DNA of 63,730 nucleotides, filler included, from Catajapyx aquilonaris (taxonomy: Eukaryota), in NCBI GenBank assembly GCA_000934665.2. It is 4 parts of 4 records of this genome, joined end to end, with 100 filler letters (N's around TTAATTAATTAA, not from the genome) between each part and the next. Parts side by side here need not be neighbours in the genome. Positions count along the whole stretch, not along the records: positions 31,935 to 47,786 come from JYFJ02007369.1; positions 47,887 to 63,730 come from JYFJ02007370.1; 2 more parts are not named here. One strand, given 5' to 3'. Below the pieces are notes generated by a model. The model made no database searches. It saw only the letters and a list, made by a program, of their open reading frames with translations, and was not told where the DNA came from. Made by a program: the position numbers and the translations under genes. This document shows, piece after piece, positions 34,901-48,270 of the stretch; position 1 is the stretch's first letter, and each line of letters begins with the position of its first letter.

Positions 34901-35709
34901 GGCCAGATTGAGTGAGCGATGACCCTTCCCGACAGGCGTCATGAGTGGACCCTTCAGCCCTATCTTGTTCTTGTTGACCGAGTCGATGGCAGACTGCGGG
35001 ATGCCCATCTTTCCATCAGGGTGGCGGACAGGCGTCACGTCCACTGATTCCCATTCAATTGGCACCTGCGAGTAGTAAATTGCATTACTGGAGTCGCTTG
35101 GGTAGCGTGCAACTAGCGTACCTTTGCTGCTGCAAAAATTTTCTGCACGGCAGCGGAGATCTCAGGTCCAATCCCATCTCCGGGTATAATGGTGACAGTG
35201 CGGGTCCCACCTGAGTAGTGACGTGCAAGCCTCTGCACCGGTGTGCTCTGAAACACAATTTACACGTTTATAATCGCACACAATATTTATGTGAACATTT
35301 TAAAGAATTTTCTGAGACATTTGCGTAAAACCTAGTTATAACGAATGACCAAAACCACATCGTATTACCCAAACCTATTGATCAGATTATCCAACTGATT
35401 GATCTGCCCGAAACCAATACACTTCACATGCTTTATCCAAAAAGATAACACATGTTACACAGGTTGTACAGTACAAAAAAAAAAAAAACATATAAAATAG
35501 TCTAATAATAAAGTGTCCTTCGCCAAGGTCTCGAACACTTTTCAGTTGCCCCTGGCCGGACACTCTCATTGCCCCCGAAGACTTGTCCTCCGCTCCTGGT
35601 TTCTGCCCCCGGATCTGCCCGTGGGCGGCCCCTAGGCTGAGCTGCAAATGAGAATAAAAATTCGTTCGATTCGGCTCACCAATCTTCCCAAGAAGCAACG
35701 GGCCGCCAT
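31996..35709 (-). CDS. IDH3A: Mitochondrial NAD-dependent isocitrate dehydrogenase subunit alpha, 356 aa. Exons 35680-35709, 35122-35247, 34893-35065, 33349-33612, 33040-33289, 31996-32223.
   Basis: All introns are GT-AG and the phases sum to 1071 nt. Motifs [110 protein letters not shown]. The N-terminus [10 protein letters not shown] is an Arg-rich, mitochondrial-presequence-like segment. Confidence 0.97.
33692..34787 (+). mobile_element. Non-autonomous Helitron in IDH3A intron 3
   Basis: 5' end A|TC followed by (GTTT)n-like repeats. 3' end CCCGGACAACGCCTGG hairpin then CTAG|T. Confidence 0.65.
34338..34729. mobile_element. Tc1/mariner-type MITE (TA TSD) nested in the Helitron
   Basis: TA|CAGTGCTGGACAAATTAGCCGTCGCTGAATG ... 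CATTCAGCGACGGCTAATTTGTCCAGCACTG|TA. Confidence 0.88.
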
Positions 35710-35960
35710 CTTTGAAATCACCAAAAGGGAAGTGAGAAAATAATGTTGAGGAAAAAAAAAAGGAACGAACCCGGGTTGCCAGCTGGAGCTATTTTTATAT
35801 CACTTCCTGGAATGCGGATCTTTTTACATAAATGCTGGATTAAATATTATGTACATGTAATTCTGGACATTATTTGAAAAGTTTAGTTTAATAATAGTGT
35901 TTGATTTTAATGCTGGATATGGCAAGAATGGATCTGGCTGCTTGATTCCTACCGGAAGTT
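35701..35960 (-). promoter_or_regulatory. Probable TATA-less housekeeping promoter of IDH3A
   Basis: YY1/Pho-type AAGATGGCGGC spans the start codon. GGTTGCCA at 35774-35781. ETS-like GGAAGT sites at ~35802 and ~35954. These are motif matches only. Confidence 0.45.
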
Positions 35961-36832
35961 CTGGCAGACGAAATGCTGCTGTTCGATCCTGTTCTGTTCG
36001 AGTATTTGACATGTTCAGAACGGTTCAGACCACGGTTCAGACCGGTTCAGAACAAGCCAGGTAGCTATAAATGTGTTATGTACAATGTGTTGTATGACTG
36101 TAGGTACACTCGAAGGATTAGCCTAGCAGTAATGCTCACTTTTCACCCTAGTGGAAAATGACTGGTCTCCTTTATGAAAAATCTTGTGATGTTTTTCACC
36201 TGCATTTATTAATACAGATTATGAGTGAGAAGCTGATCTGCTGCTGCCGGCCAGGGGACCAAATATGAGAGACACATAAGGATGAAATGCCAATATGTCT
36301 CGTAAACTAAGAAATATAAGAGCCTTTTCCTAGAATACCAACTAATAATCTATGGTAAGTTTCATTATTTTGAGTAAACCTTAGTTAAAGCAGCATAATA
36401 TTATGCTGTGTATGTACAATAGTGCATTAATAACCTGTGAATAGTGCAATTTTACTGTATCTAGGATTCTAGATCTAGGGCCACTTTCAGATTATCTGTG
36501 TTTTCTGATTACCTGGTGACACCCGTGCAGTCATTAGCCTGGATAATCAAGAGTACAGTGTATAATATAACATTTAAAAAGTAGCGTGATATTTGCATGT
36601 CGATAAGTCATGAATTCCATCATTGAATGCCATTGAATGTCCAAGGCAATTGATGAGCGGAGGGGGTTGCTTTTCTTATAGTTTAAAATTGTTTATTCAT
36701 ATCACAACAAAGGAAAAGTAGTTTCCCTAATTACTGACTGCCAGAGGTTCACCCAAAAAATACGTATACAACAAATCTCTAATCATACATAAAGCCATGA
36801 AGCGCAGCATTTCCCATCTGTCCCTTAGCTTA

Positions 36833-37279
36833 GCCAGGGAGCATATACTACATAAGAGGCGCAAACTTCTGTCAGGCCATTGTTGTTAGCGTCTCTCTGT
36901 TTATAGGGCGTTACTAAGGCCGGCTGCCATCTTGACCTGTGTGGGATGCCAACGAGGTATAAATAGGGTACAGGCAAAAATAAGGTCCGCCATCTTTGAT
37001 GGTTTTGGCAGCCATGGCAATACACGGCAATAACACGCGCGAATTTGAATTCGATATTGGAAAATGGGTAAGTAAATTGTTGTTGCCGTGTATTGCCATG
37101 GCAGCCCAAACCATCAAAGATGGCGGACCCCGCGGACCTTGACGGCCTGCCTGTACCCTATTTACACCTCGTTGGCGCACCACACACTCCAAGATGGCCG
37201 CCAGCCTTGACAACGCCATAAACAGAGAGACGAAAAAAATCGAATGTTTGCGCCTCTTATGTAGTATATGCTCCCTGGC
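36833..37279. mobile_element. Palindromic MITE with TTA TSD (PIF/Harbinger-like)
   Basis: TTA|GCCAGGGAGCATATACTACATAAGAGGCGCAAAC ... GTTTGCGCCTCTTATGTAGTATATGCTCCCTGGC|TTA. Confidence 0.85.
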
Positions 37280-38425
37280 TTAGCATAGAGAACAAAGCAG
37301 ATGGTGGTCCCATGGCGTCACACAGGCTCGTGATGACAACCCTTGGTTCACTTGGTTTTCCTGAATCTCCTTCCCTTCCACCTGTACCTTCTGTCCCCTT
37401 GGGCCCAGGGATCTAGTGTTTGTTAAAGATTAGTTGGCAATGTCAGAAAAAAAGATGAATGGTGTTGGAGTTACTCACATTTGACTTGGGATATTTCTGG
37501 TCTGGCACCTGGCCGTGATGTTACAAGACAAAGCAGTGGTAGCCAGTAGTGCAGTGATAAGAGTCACACAAATGCATTTGTATGACTATCACACTATACC
37601 GTATTACCTCACATAAAGCGGCATGCCATGATTTTAATCCTTGATAAATATTTTTGAATGCGTCTGGTACTGTTCTAAAATAATGTTACTGTGAAGAATG
37701 TGCGAGTATAGGCCTACAGGGCTGTGAGAAAATGCAAGTTCATCTGTTGCACAGAGCATAGGGTGTGGGTGTGACCAATCCCATATTCAACCTGCTTTGA
37801 GAGGGAACCCCCTTAAACATTACAAAGGATCAAGGGAAATTCCTTCCTTCAGTCCTTCCTTTTGCTCAATAGTTTGCTGGTCGCAGATCTCGTTGGCAAT
37901 CAGAGGATCACTTTGTGTAGTGGTACAATTTGTCTGAGAAACCTCGTTACTCAGATAATAAAATACACACCCAATGTATGAAATATCCTGATAGGTATGC
38001 TTCCCTTCTTGCAGCCTTGCACTTTTAATTGAAAATGTTACTGTGAAATTTGAATTTAACAAACGATCTTATTGGATGTGTCATGTGGTAGAGGTATCCA
38101 GGGCTGTATCCACACCGTAGAACATGGTGTAATGGAGTGGTTCCCAAACTTTTTGTCCCTTGGAGCCCTTTTTTTGAAAAGATTTGACAGCAGAGCCCCT
38201 GACACTTGTTCACTTTCAATGTGAGCATTAGGTAGGGCCTATACATATACTGTGTATATCGCTCAAAAATATGGATACGATTATGCAGTTGGTTTCAAAG
38301 AAAAATTGTTTCTATGTTTTTGAGCGACATAATACAATAGTCATAAACATTAGACACAGAACAAAAAAGCATTTTCATTTAAAAAATTTAACTCAATATA
38401 GCACCTACTGAGATGAATGAGGTTA

Positions 38426-39114
38426 CAGTAGAACCCTGATTATCCGACCTTGGATTATATATCCAACTCCTCGGATTATCCGACCCTCCCGCACCTGCAA
38501 TCAATCTATATTTTCTCATGAAATACTGTAATGTTCTACGCATTTGTTTATTTTGCCTTAGTTAAACTGTAAATACAGTACAACAGAGCGCATGTAAAAG
38601 AAAAATTACTTCACAATTTCATAGAAAAGCATAATATTGCACATTGTTTTATGTTTTTAGATTTGTTTTATTAGGGGAGGTGTGGTGGCCAAGAGGGTAA
38701 CGTCTCGGCTTGCTGAGTGGAAGGTCCCAGGTTCGATCCCCGCCTGGGAGTTCCCTTCCACCTACGTCGGGAGGGTCTCTGACCTGCACCAAGGAGGTGT
38801 CTGGCAACCTAACCTCCTGGGGAACAGCACATGACCCCTTTACAGACCTTGCACTTGCACCCCATGTTCCCGCCCCAAAAATCCCTATCCTTACCCAATG
38901 ACCTTGATTCCTTGCACCGGAGATTGAAGTTAACAAATCAGAAAATTGATGGTGGTGTGCCTCCCTCCAAAAGGGCCTATGGAGGCCTATCACAGGGTAA
39001 AAATAAATAAATAGATTTGTTTTATTAGTTTTTTTACTACTCGGATTATCCGACCTTTTCGGTTATCCGACAATGCCACAGTCCCCTGGGTGACGGATAA
39101 TCGGGGTTCTACTG
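38426..39114. mobile_element. pogo/Tigger-like MITE (TA TSD) carrying a SINE insertion
   Basis: TA|CAGTAGAACCCTGATTATCCG ... CGGATAATCGGGGTTCTACTG|TA. Confidence 0.85.
38675..39011 (+). mobile_element. SINE family A, full-length copy
   Basis: A and B boxes and a (TAAA)n tail. 17-bp TSD TAGATTTGTTTTATTAG at 38658-38674 and 39012-39028. Confidence 0.92.
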
Positions 39115-39736
39115 TATTTAGGTTTGAATTTGAATGTGCTCAACTGATGCCAAGGCCTTTTTTTTGGCTTGCGTGGCTATCACTGGTGGTTTGCAAGTAG
39201 CTTTTCGCTTAATAGTACGTCTCGTAGTGAGAAAAATAATTGCTAAGCTCCATGGACAATTCAGTTGGAATACAATGCATTTAAAATCATAAGTTTTTGA
39301 GTGTATGTATGGTCAGAAGATATATTTAATTTTATTATGCATGTTGTCATATTTACGTGAGTACTTCTCCAAACAATTGAATTATGCATAAAAGACAATT
39401 TGGGCTGAGTTTGGTGCATGATATGACCTAAATACCTTATAGAATCGTTCAGAGCACAATAAATATGACTAAAAAATAATTTAACTAGTGGCAGATATTA
39501 ATGTGACTTCAATATGTGGAAAAGTACAGTGATTCTTGATATCCTGATGTTCGTGTATAATGCGAATAGATAGGCCCTTGATTGTCTTTTTGATGTGTCA
39601 AGAGTTAATAAAAATAAGTTCTGCTGGATGGAAACTATATCACTACTGCTAATGACATTATATAATGTAGTTTGGGTTCCTAAGCATGGAATTTTGCCAA
39701 TATTGCAACCAACTATCCTATTTAATGTACTATCGG

Positions 39737-39865
39737 GTTCAAATACTTTTGGCCACTTTATCCTGGTCTTCAAGCAACCCTTCACACACACACACACCTC
39801 CTTAACAATGGTCTGTGCGAAGGGTTGCTTTAAGACCAGGATAAAGTGGCCAAAAGTATTTGAAC
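39737..39865. mobile_element. Hairpin mini-MITE (second copy at 49874-50010)
   Basis: TTTTGGCCACTTTATCCTGGTCTT ... AAGACCAGGATAAAGTGGCCAAAA. Confidence 0.8.
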
Positions 39866-42717
39866 GATATTACATAATGTAACCTAATGTAAAAATTCCA
39901 ATTTTGCTAATGATTACACTTGCAGTCTTACGATTTTCTGCATTCCCTGCCCTCGATTATAATCCTTAGTCATATGATTGTGAATCCCCATGATGTTGAA
40001 TGAGTTCAGGATAAAACTTGTGATTGTACCATACAGTATTTTGTAGTACAGGAAGCATCCTTCACTGAAGTACACTATAAAAAATTGCTTGCTGAGGTAC
40101 ACCCTACTGATTTGAACCAAATTTGAGTGTAACTCTGTGCAGGAGTGTTGTAACAATCTGAAACGTGTTGCTATCAGGCCATTTCCTGGAAGTGAGGGAG
40201 CACTGAAGTCGAGTACATTGAGAAAAAATGCACCAAATTGTAAGGATAAGTCCCAGGCATGCAACCTCATTTGAAGCAATGCTTTTAGCTAGTTGCATGG
40301 CCTGAAGGAAGGATGGATGGAGATGGGAAAAAGGAGTGACAGGAGATCCATGTGCAATAGAGGTCTCCAGGTACAGGTCTGGGTGCTGCTTCATTCACAT
40401 GTAATCGTTCCAGCATATTTCCGGGTATTATAAGAATTGATCTCATTTGCACCAAGTGTGGAAACACAATCATGCAAGGCAAATTACATGCCTTGAAGTT
40501 ATAATGTCCCAAAATGTATTCCTGAACATAAAAGGAAACATTTTTCCACCTGCAGATAAGTCAATTTGTCTTAATTGGATGACCAAGAATTGATGGATAA
40601 TAATTAACCAACCTAGTAAACTTCAGGGCAAAATATAACATGCAGTTTGTGACATATGAGCTACTCTAATGTAATTGGTTTGTAGTTCCATGCAGTGTAA
40701 GCCCAAACATACAGTCAGAAATATCAACATTTGCATAATTATCTTGAGAGCTCCTTTGCTGTGGGTTGCTAATTATGAACTTGGACATGTAATAATTTTG
40801 TCAACAAAGTGAATTTGCTTTTATCAATTAATCTTGGAAATATTCAATCATCAAGTCCCACATATTATGTACACTGTACAGTACACTATTTGTCAGTTGC
40901 TTCTGCCAATGAAATCAGTTTTGCTGATGTTTCTATGGTGTTACAATATGATTAATGCCAGCACAGCTGCAGATGAACTAATCTAGCATAACGTCAGGTT
41001 CAGGTGGTCTTAACAGCAACTCCCTCATAATACCAGCATGTACAGATTAGTTCTGAGGATGATAAAGATGTTTTGCCTTCCCAACATAAGTGTTGTTAGC
41101 AATGCTTCATGCTACATCTTTATGAACAGCAGTAATTGACTTGAGAAATGGCTTTAGGCAGTTGAAAATGGATTGGCAGTACTTGCCTCCTAGATTTATG
41201 TTTGCGTGTCTGTGTACTTTTCTAGTCACGTCAATTGTTACTGATGTTGATGTTTGTGTGGTTGCTTGCAGTATGTTATACCTGTGAGGTTTTTGATGTA
41301 ACTTATCTGTAACAAGTTGTGATTTCTCTTGGTACAAATGTGTATATAATTATGTGGTCTAGCAAGTGGTGACTTCTACAAGCACAACCACAGAAAAACC
41401 AATAAAGAGTTGTGGTCTCCTCCCATTGTCATTTCAGTGTGCAGGTAAAAATAAGGCAAATTGCACATGTGGATGGTACAGTACTTGCTGAAGCTCTTTT
41501 ACTTCACATATACCTAATATGGGCCTTTGATGAATGAAGATTTAAATTTACAAAATACCTGCAAAATACTTTTTAGGTCTTCTTGGTGTGGAAACTTGAG
41601 TTATTCTCTTTTTGTGCTTCAGTGAGCTTTGTGTTATCTGAGCGTACAGCACAGGTATAGCACAAAGCATACTCTCTCATCCCCCCACCATGATGGTCAC
41701 AAATTCTAGCCACATAAAGCCAGTTCTTTATGTGTTATAATGTAGCCTTCTTGCCCAAGTCAAAAGGAATCCATACACATGTAGCTGCTTTTTAAATGCA
41801 ATTATCTGGAGTGCTTTTTGTTTTGCTTTTTGAGAGGGACGAATTTTTCATGCTCCAAATGTTCATATTGTTTAGTTGGTTGCTTTCAAAGTTTGAATAA
41901 CAGGAAGGAAAAGAAAATAATTATTAAAAGTGTGTTTTGTATGTTTTCATATATTAGGCAGCAGCACATGTGAAACCATGTTGTGTTCATCAATTTTACT
42001 GAGTAGGAGGGCCGGATAATTAGGTTCCAAAGGGTTCTCTGTCAATACATGACATCGTCAATTCAAACCCATCAAGTTATCGCTGCCAATTCATCAGGCA
42101 GTCAATATAGCAGAACAAACTCATTGAAACATGGATACATCGTAAAACACGGGAATTATGTAGCACATATAGAGAGGTGTATTTGGAGGTATCTGTTCCA
42201 CTGTGTGTGGAAAGGCCTCAGCAAAAACCAACCTGTTACTACCATTGGTTTTAATTTACACAGTCATACTGCTACAGCCTACAGACCAGGAGCAGATCAC
42301 ATTGCAGGCACATGCAATGAATTTTTCAAATTTATATAGTGACATAAAATTATGGGAAAGTAAAAACAACTATTCTACTGGATCCGAAATTGAGCTAGAC
42401 ATTAGTCGGGGCTCCTGCTGGTCAGATGCAGCTGCTCGGTTTTTCCATGTGAAATTTGACACAGTATTGACGTACGTAAGATAAGGCAGTCACACCCATA
42501 TCTTTTAGTATGTTGTAAGGGGGGAAAAAAGACGAGAGGTGGTGTAGGTTCGGCTGTGGCAGACTGCATCATCGAGTAATGAAGATTTGGGGACAAGGTT
42601 TGGACAATGTGCAGTTAGTTCTTTTTATACATGGTGCTGTAAATAATGGAGAGTAAGGTAATGAAGCGAGATAAAAGAGTAGATGTTCAAACTTCAAAAT
42701 AATATGTACGTAGTTTT

Positions 42718-43054
42718 GGGGAGGACTGGTGTGGTGGCCGAAATGGTAACGTCTCGGCTTGCTGAGTGAAAGGTCCCAGGTCCGATCCCCGCCTGGGAGC
42801 TATACCTTTCGCGTGCGTCGGGAGGGTCTCTGACCTGCACCTTGGAGGTGTCTGACAACAGCACATGGCCCAACCTTGACATTGCACTTCACCCATGTTC
42901 CCTCCCCAACAATCTCTATCCTTTCCCAATGTCCTTGTTTACTTGCAGCTGGAGAATGAAGCTGGAAAATAATAGAAAACTGATGGTGGTGTGCCACCCA
43001 CCTATAGTTCCCATAAAGGACATCACGGGGTAAACAAAATAAAATAAATAAATA
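42718..43054 (+). mobile_element. SINE family A, full-length copy
   Basis: 17-bp TSD AATATGTACGTAGTTTT at 42701-42717 and 43055-43071, with a (TAAA)n tail. Confidence 0.92.
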
Positions 43055-46000
43055 AATATGTACGTAGTTTTAGGTCGGGTTGAATAATAATCACAAGCAT
43101 AAAATGAAAATCTCCGATTGTTTGCAATAATTTACAATATTTTATTTCAAAGTCTAGAACAATGGAAACAGAATGATCCATGAGTCTATAGTTCATGTTT
43201 CTAATATTATGAGCATTCCTATCACGCTGTTGTAACGGCTCATTGTTATTTGTTAATGCTGAACATGTCTGTGCCGCCGTAATCCGAATGACCTGGGTTA
43301 ATTAACGGTGATGAATGCGGAAAACGAGTGCAGGTTAGTTTCTGGAATTGAATACTGAGATTGCACCGAATAAAGGTCGCAATAATAGTCCACGAATTGG
43401 CAGGAAACATGATAATGTTGTTTTCCGGGAGTTGCTCATTAAATTCCACGCGATTTTCAAACTTTTCATCCATATACTCAGAATCCAGAGGCAATATTTG
43501 TCATACATACCTATATGTAATTGATGATTTTGTAAGGTTTTCTACTCCAAAGTATTGTATATACAGCAGTAGCTTCTAATTTTCTAAGTGAAACCTTGTG
43601 TTCTCTAGGTATCACAGTAAATAGATGAGAACAACTTTTTCAATTATTGTGTACATATTTGATTCACCGTAATTTTATTGCATTAAGTAATATAGTATTT
43701 GGGTGCAGCCAGTTGTACAGGCTTCCCTTTGTGTCGATAATGTGTGTCAAATTAACAACATACATATAATCAGACTTCCTATATACATCACACATTGAGT
43801 CGGCCGGATTTCAACATTCAGTGCGAAAGCCACAATGAATTGTCTCTAGTCTGGAATAATTTGTTAGACCTGTACAATACTGTACATTTATGTGGGCATT
43901 TACACAATCGTTACATTAAAATCCTGCTGTATGTCATCTAACTAAAGTGTCGCTTTGTAAATGGGAAATCCAACTGTAAAATTAATAACGGAAAATGCAG
44001 TGAACCACTAAAGTGGAGTTCCTGCTTCAGATGACAAAAAAAATTGTTAGTCCAAATAAATACTCGTAGATCGAGGTATTTCCAAAGTAATATAGTATAC
44101 TGTATAGTGGTAGTGCATAATTATTGGAGTTTTGATTGAAACTGGAAATAGTTTTGGAATCGTGTAGTTGGATAAATGCCGTTCACTCTTTTGTATGATT
44201 TTTAATTATTCAAAACTACATTCTGACACTCCTGGCATCTCGTTAACTAACCCTTTGACATGTAGAGTGAGAAAAATTAACAGAAAATTAACTGAGGATA
44301 GTGTGCAATAATTTATTCAGAGCCCCCAAAAATTAGCAGTGTGATAGGGCGCATTTACACGAGCATTAGGCTAAATTAAACCGTGCCTGCTCTCTAACTC
44401 ATGTATCACTTTTTCAAAGGGCACGCGAGACCAAACTCGAAATTTCGTAACGACGAGTGCAGTCGACACAAAATTTAGTGGATTATTATTCCAAAGGGCT
44501 GACAAGAGCTGCTGCTGCACATATGCTCGAAAAAAAAAAAGGCAGACATGTACAAATGCGAAGGTCAGTTGTGATGGAAAGGTAGAGCCTGGAAACGCTG
44601 CAAGCCGAATGAAGTCGAGCCTGCGCCAGTCTGGACCGTAATAATCAATTATACACATGTAACAGTACAGTGTATATAGCGTGGGATGCTCGTGTCAGAG
44701 GCGGGTATATTGCGCTGTCGTGACAAGGACGCCCTTTTTTATTATTATTTTGCGGGTACGTGACACAAACGAATCCGGCTCTTTTTGCAATTCTGCTGAG
44801 GGCTTATCACACATGCAATGAGACACCAGTATACATATGATGATCTGTTGGTAGAAGTGATAGCTACTACTATTATCTTTCTCCTAATAGGCTTATTCTC
44901 TATGTCTGATGTTTGTCCGACCTGATAGTACCACTGCACTACCTGAGGGTGGGAGGAGTGTGCAGAGTAGGTATGCGCCATTTATGCGTGAAAACTAGTA
45001 CTACGTGGTAAATCGGCGGGCCATCTCATGGTTTGATTGTCACTGTCATACTGACTATAGGTTTTGCCAAATTTTGGCAACGGATTCACTAGTCTTACTA
45101 TAACAGTAATCAGTCGACTGCATGTATAGGTTTATTTCAGGTGAGACACTCATGAAAATGTCATATTAAAAAATCTAAACACTCTATGGGGGAATAATAG
45201 AGTGCGTAAGTAACCTCTACGTCATCACCTGGTAATCGGGTGTGTCGCGGCTTTTTTCATAAGTGGAGATTGTCGTGACTGACGTTTGTGTCATGCATGG
45301 TGGCCATCAGTGTGGGTGGGTTGGAAAGAGGGGGCGGGTGGGGCTGGCCCCCTCATTTTTTTTTCTGAAAAAACCATTTGTATCAGGAAACATAATGGGG
45401 CCGTAAAGACTGAGAATAGAGGAGCCAACTACCTGGATTAATGACGAAAAGGGATTAATTCTGTCGCGAAATGGATCACGCAAACCTGGCAAAGTGGGGC
45501 CTGACCGCACTTGACGATTGAAACTTCATTCAGGGCGCCCAACGACCGTGACGCCCGCCGTCTTATCATGTCGGGCACATTTTTCATATTGAATTATTGC
45601 CAGATCATTACTCTGGGTGGGTGTTACTCGTAAACATTGGTGAGGGAGAGAGGGGCCTCCCTTATCGATACTAATGTTACGTGAAATTGGCGCTAAAAGT
45701 TGTTTGGTGGCGGATTATGACCCTAAATCCGAGGTGTATTAAAAGCACTCTATCTTCTGCTTTTCTAGGACCAGACTGTACACTGGTGTTGTGTGTCAGA
45801 ACCGATCAATTTTTCCCCCCTATAATAAAAGCGGTTATGTTACTCCCATATTAGCCTGTAGCATGATTGGACGGTGTTGTGCAATAATGAGTCATACCAC
45901 ATGAGACCAGTTTTGAGAAAAAGGGCGCCTTTGAATGTCACGCCTGTGAAATTAATTCAGTGTCCTTTTCGGTCATTTATGTGGCAGAAGTACGCAGATT

Positions 46001-47754
46001 TCGCCAGACTGATTTTAACCGAATGAAGTCCTTCGTGCATGTTTCTGGGCATAACTCATTTTTGACATTTTTTGTGGGTTGACACGTTATTGCATAACAC
46101 CATGAAATTAATATTTCATCTGCTAATTATTACAAAGTTATTTTGTATGTTTTTTTCTGGGATATGCCGTGTATCACCCTGGAATATGAGAGATTGAGTC
46201 GACACTGATGACACAAAGGACTGAAACTTTGCTTCTAATTCCCAGTAGCGTCTTGTAATTACGACCAATCAACACTTGTTAAATCAGAGCACCTTGAATG
46301 CACGACTCATTTGGGTTCCAGCACCACCCGCCTTGATCCTTCAAGGGAAAGATTGAAGACTCCCATCCGAATGCACTTAAAATATCAATTTTGAAAACAA
46401 GATTCCTCCGAATGCATATAAACAGTGATGGGGTAAATGAATGGAAGCAACTTGATGCATCGAACCCTGGCAAGAAGCGGTCCCTCACCTGAGCATCTCA
46501 AAATAGTATGATTACCACGCTTCCGTTGCCTCGGATTAAACTCTAACCGCCCGTGATTAATGGTCCTTTTCCGGAGCCTGGTGAAAGCGAAACCTCTCTC
46601 CCAGACCTCTCTTTACACCCCCATGATTTGAGGAGTCCTTAAAGTGACAAACATGGGCAGGGAGGGGCCCAAGTCCAGTCATGGCCAATATCGCACCTCG
46701 GAATAAGGTGCCCTCCCCCATTCTGAGATCCCAGGGTCCAAAGAGGGGCATTTGAACCTCGGGAGGCCCACTTTGATGGAGAGTGGAGGTGTGGGGTAAG
46801 GTCAGGCTGAGGGGTTAAGGCCTTTGCCGGAACTCAACTCGGTTTTCCCCGAGATCATCAGGCCCAGGCAATGGCCTCGCCTTCGCCATTATTAAGTGGA
46901 TAGAGTGCGATCTATATGGTTCATTCAACCCTGGGCTCCTTTGGGCGTTTCATAAGGCGGTCCGGAAGTGAAGGAGGCATTTTAGGGCCGTCTTGCTTGC
47001 TGCGGGGGTTGTAATATTCACTGTGCTGTCGCTTTTCACAATCCGGTGTGGCGGATTGGGTGAAGAAAATGTGGGATGGGTGAACATAAGGTTGCTTAAT
47101 AACACAGGCTTGTTACCTATATATACACACACTGTAGGCAGGCATATAAACGGCTGGTATAGTGGTATGTACAGCTACCTTTGTTTAAACGTGGGGAAGT
47201 ACTGGCTTGTAAATTTACAAGCTTAGAAAGCCTGTCGTAAACAACTCTTCTTAATTTCCTATTTTTTGTGTGTGTCTGACCATTACTTGAGGGGGCAATT
47301 AAGGAAGGGAGTCTGATTTTCAACCGCAATTCTCGGTCTGGGAGTTTCCCAAAGGAAGAAGGAAGAAAATAGCAGAGAAATTCAGAACATTCTGGACTTG
47401 ACAGCCACTTAGGAGGAATCCAATCGAGATTTTTTTTAGCAAGTTTTTCTTTTCTTCGAAAATAAACAGTTCAACTGAGGCAACTAGCGTACCGGTATAT
47501 CAGCGTGTATTTTTAGTTGTACTTAGAATTGCATTTTTGTAAAAAAGTAGGATTTGGCAAATTTCTGACAGGTCTAACTTGCTGAAACCAAAACCGCATC
47601 TTTATATTCGAGGAAGGTGGCATTTTGAGACTGAGAAACGAGGTTTTCCCCCCCTCGGCTTATATTTCCCATTTACATTGTTCGCAACTCTTCCACTCCC
47701 CTGTCCTTGATTCATATCAATAGCAATGACGGAATCCGGATTTTCATTACCTCC

Positions 47755-47757
<3 letters not shown>

Positions 47758-47786
<29 letters not shown>
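47758..47786. repeat. (GA)n microsatellite at the scaffold end
   Basis: Directly visible. Confidence 0.95.
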
Positions 47787-47886
47787 NNNNNNNNNNNNNN
47801 NNNNNNNNNNNNNNNNNNNNNNNNNNNNNNTTAATTAATTAANNNNNNNNNNNNNNNNNNNNNNNNNNNNNNNNNNNNNNNNNNNN
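47787..47886. other. Artificial scaffold linker
   Basis: N44-TTAATTAATTAA-N44. Confidence 0.95.
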
Positions 47887-48124
47887 TAAGTTAGAAGTAA
47901 CTAGTAGTACGACAGAAATTCCACAAATTTGTTTTCAGAAAGGAGATTTCATGAGTAGTAAATTGGTAATTGCTTGAGTAAGAGAGTAAGAGAGGTACAG
48001 CTTAAATCAATTGGTGAAGGTCTTACGTGCGCCTGCCTTGTTTCAGTACTTTCATTCCGCCGCGGAGGTCTTACTTCTCTTTTTTTTACTGAAGGGAAAG
48101 TTTTTGATCTAATATTATATAATA

Positions 48125-48270
48125 TTGCGATGTCGGTTTTCGATATTTTTCAATGTCGGTTCGATGTCGGTCTGCGATATTTTTCGATGTCGGTTTTCGA
48201 TGTCGGTTTCTCGATTTTCGATATATCGACTTCGATTCGATATTTTCTGAGCATCGAAAGTCGATATGAA
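48125..48270. repeat. Degenerate (TTCGATGTCGGT/TTCGATATTT) tandem repeat, probably TE-internal
   Basis: Repeated CGATGTCGGTTTT units. Confidence 0.7.

Noticed and set aside
39914..45000. Additional host exons upstream of IDH3A
   Set aside because: The short ORFs have no recognisable protein motifs or consistent exon chain.
46280..47420. Decayed LINE reverse-transcriptase fragment on the minus strand
   Set aside because: Only vague similarity, with no diagnostic RT motif recoverable by eye.
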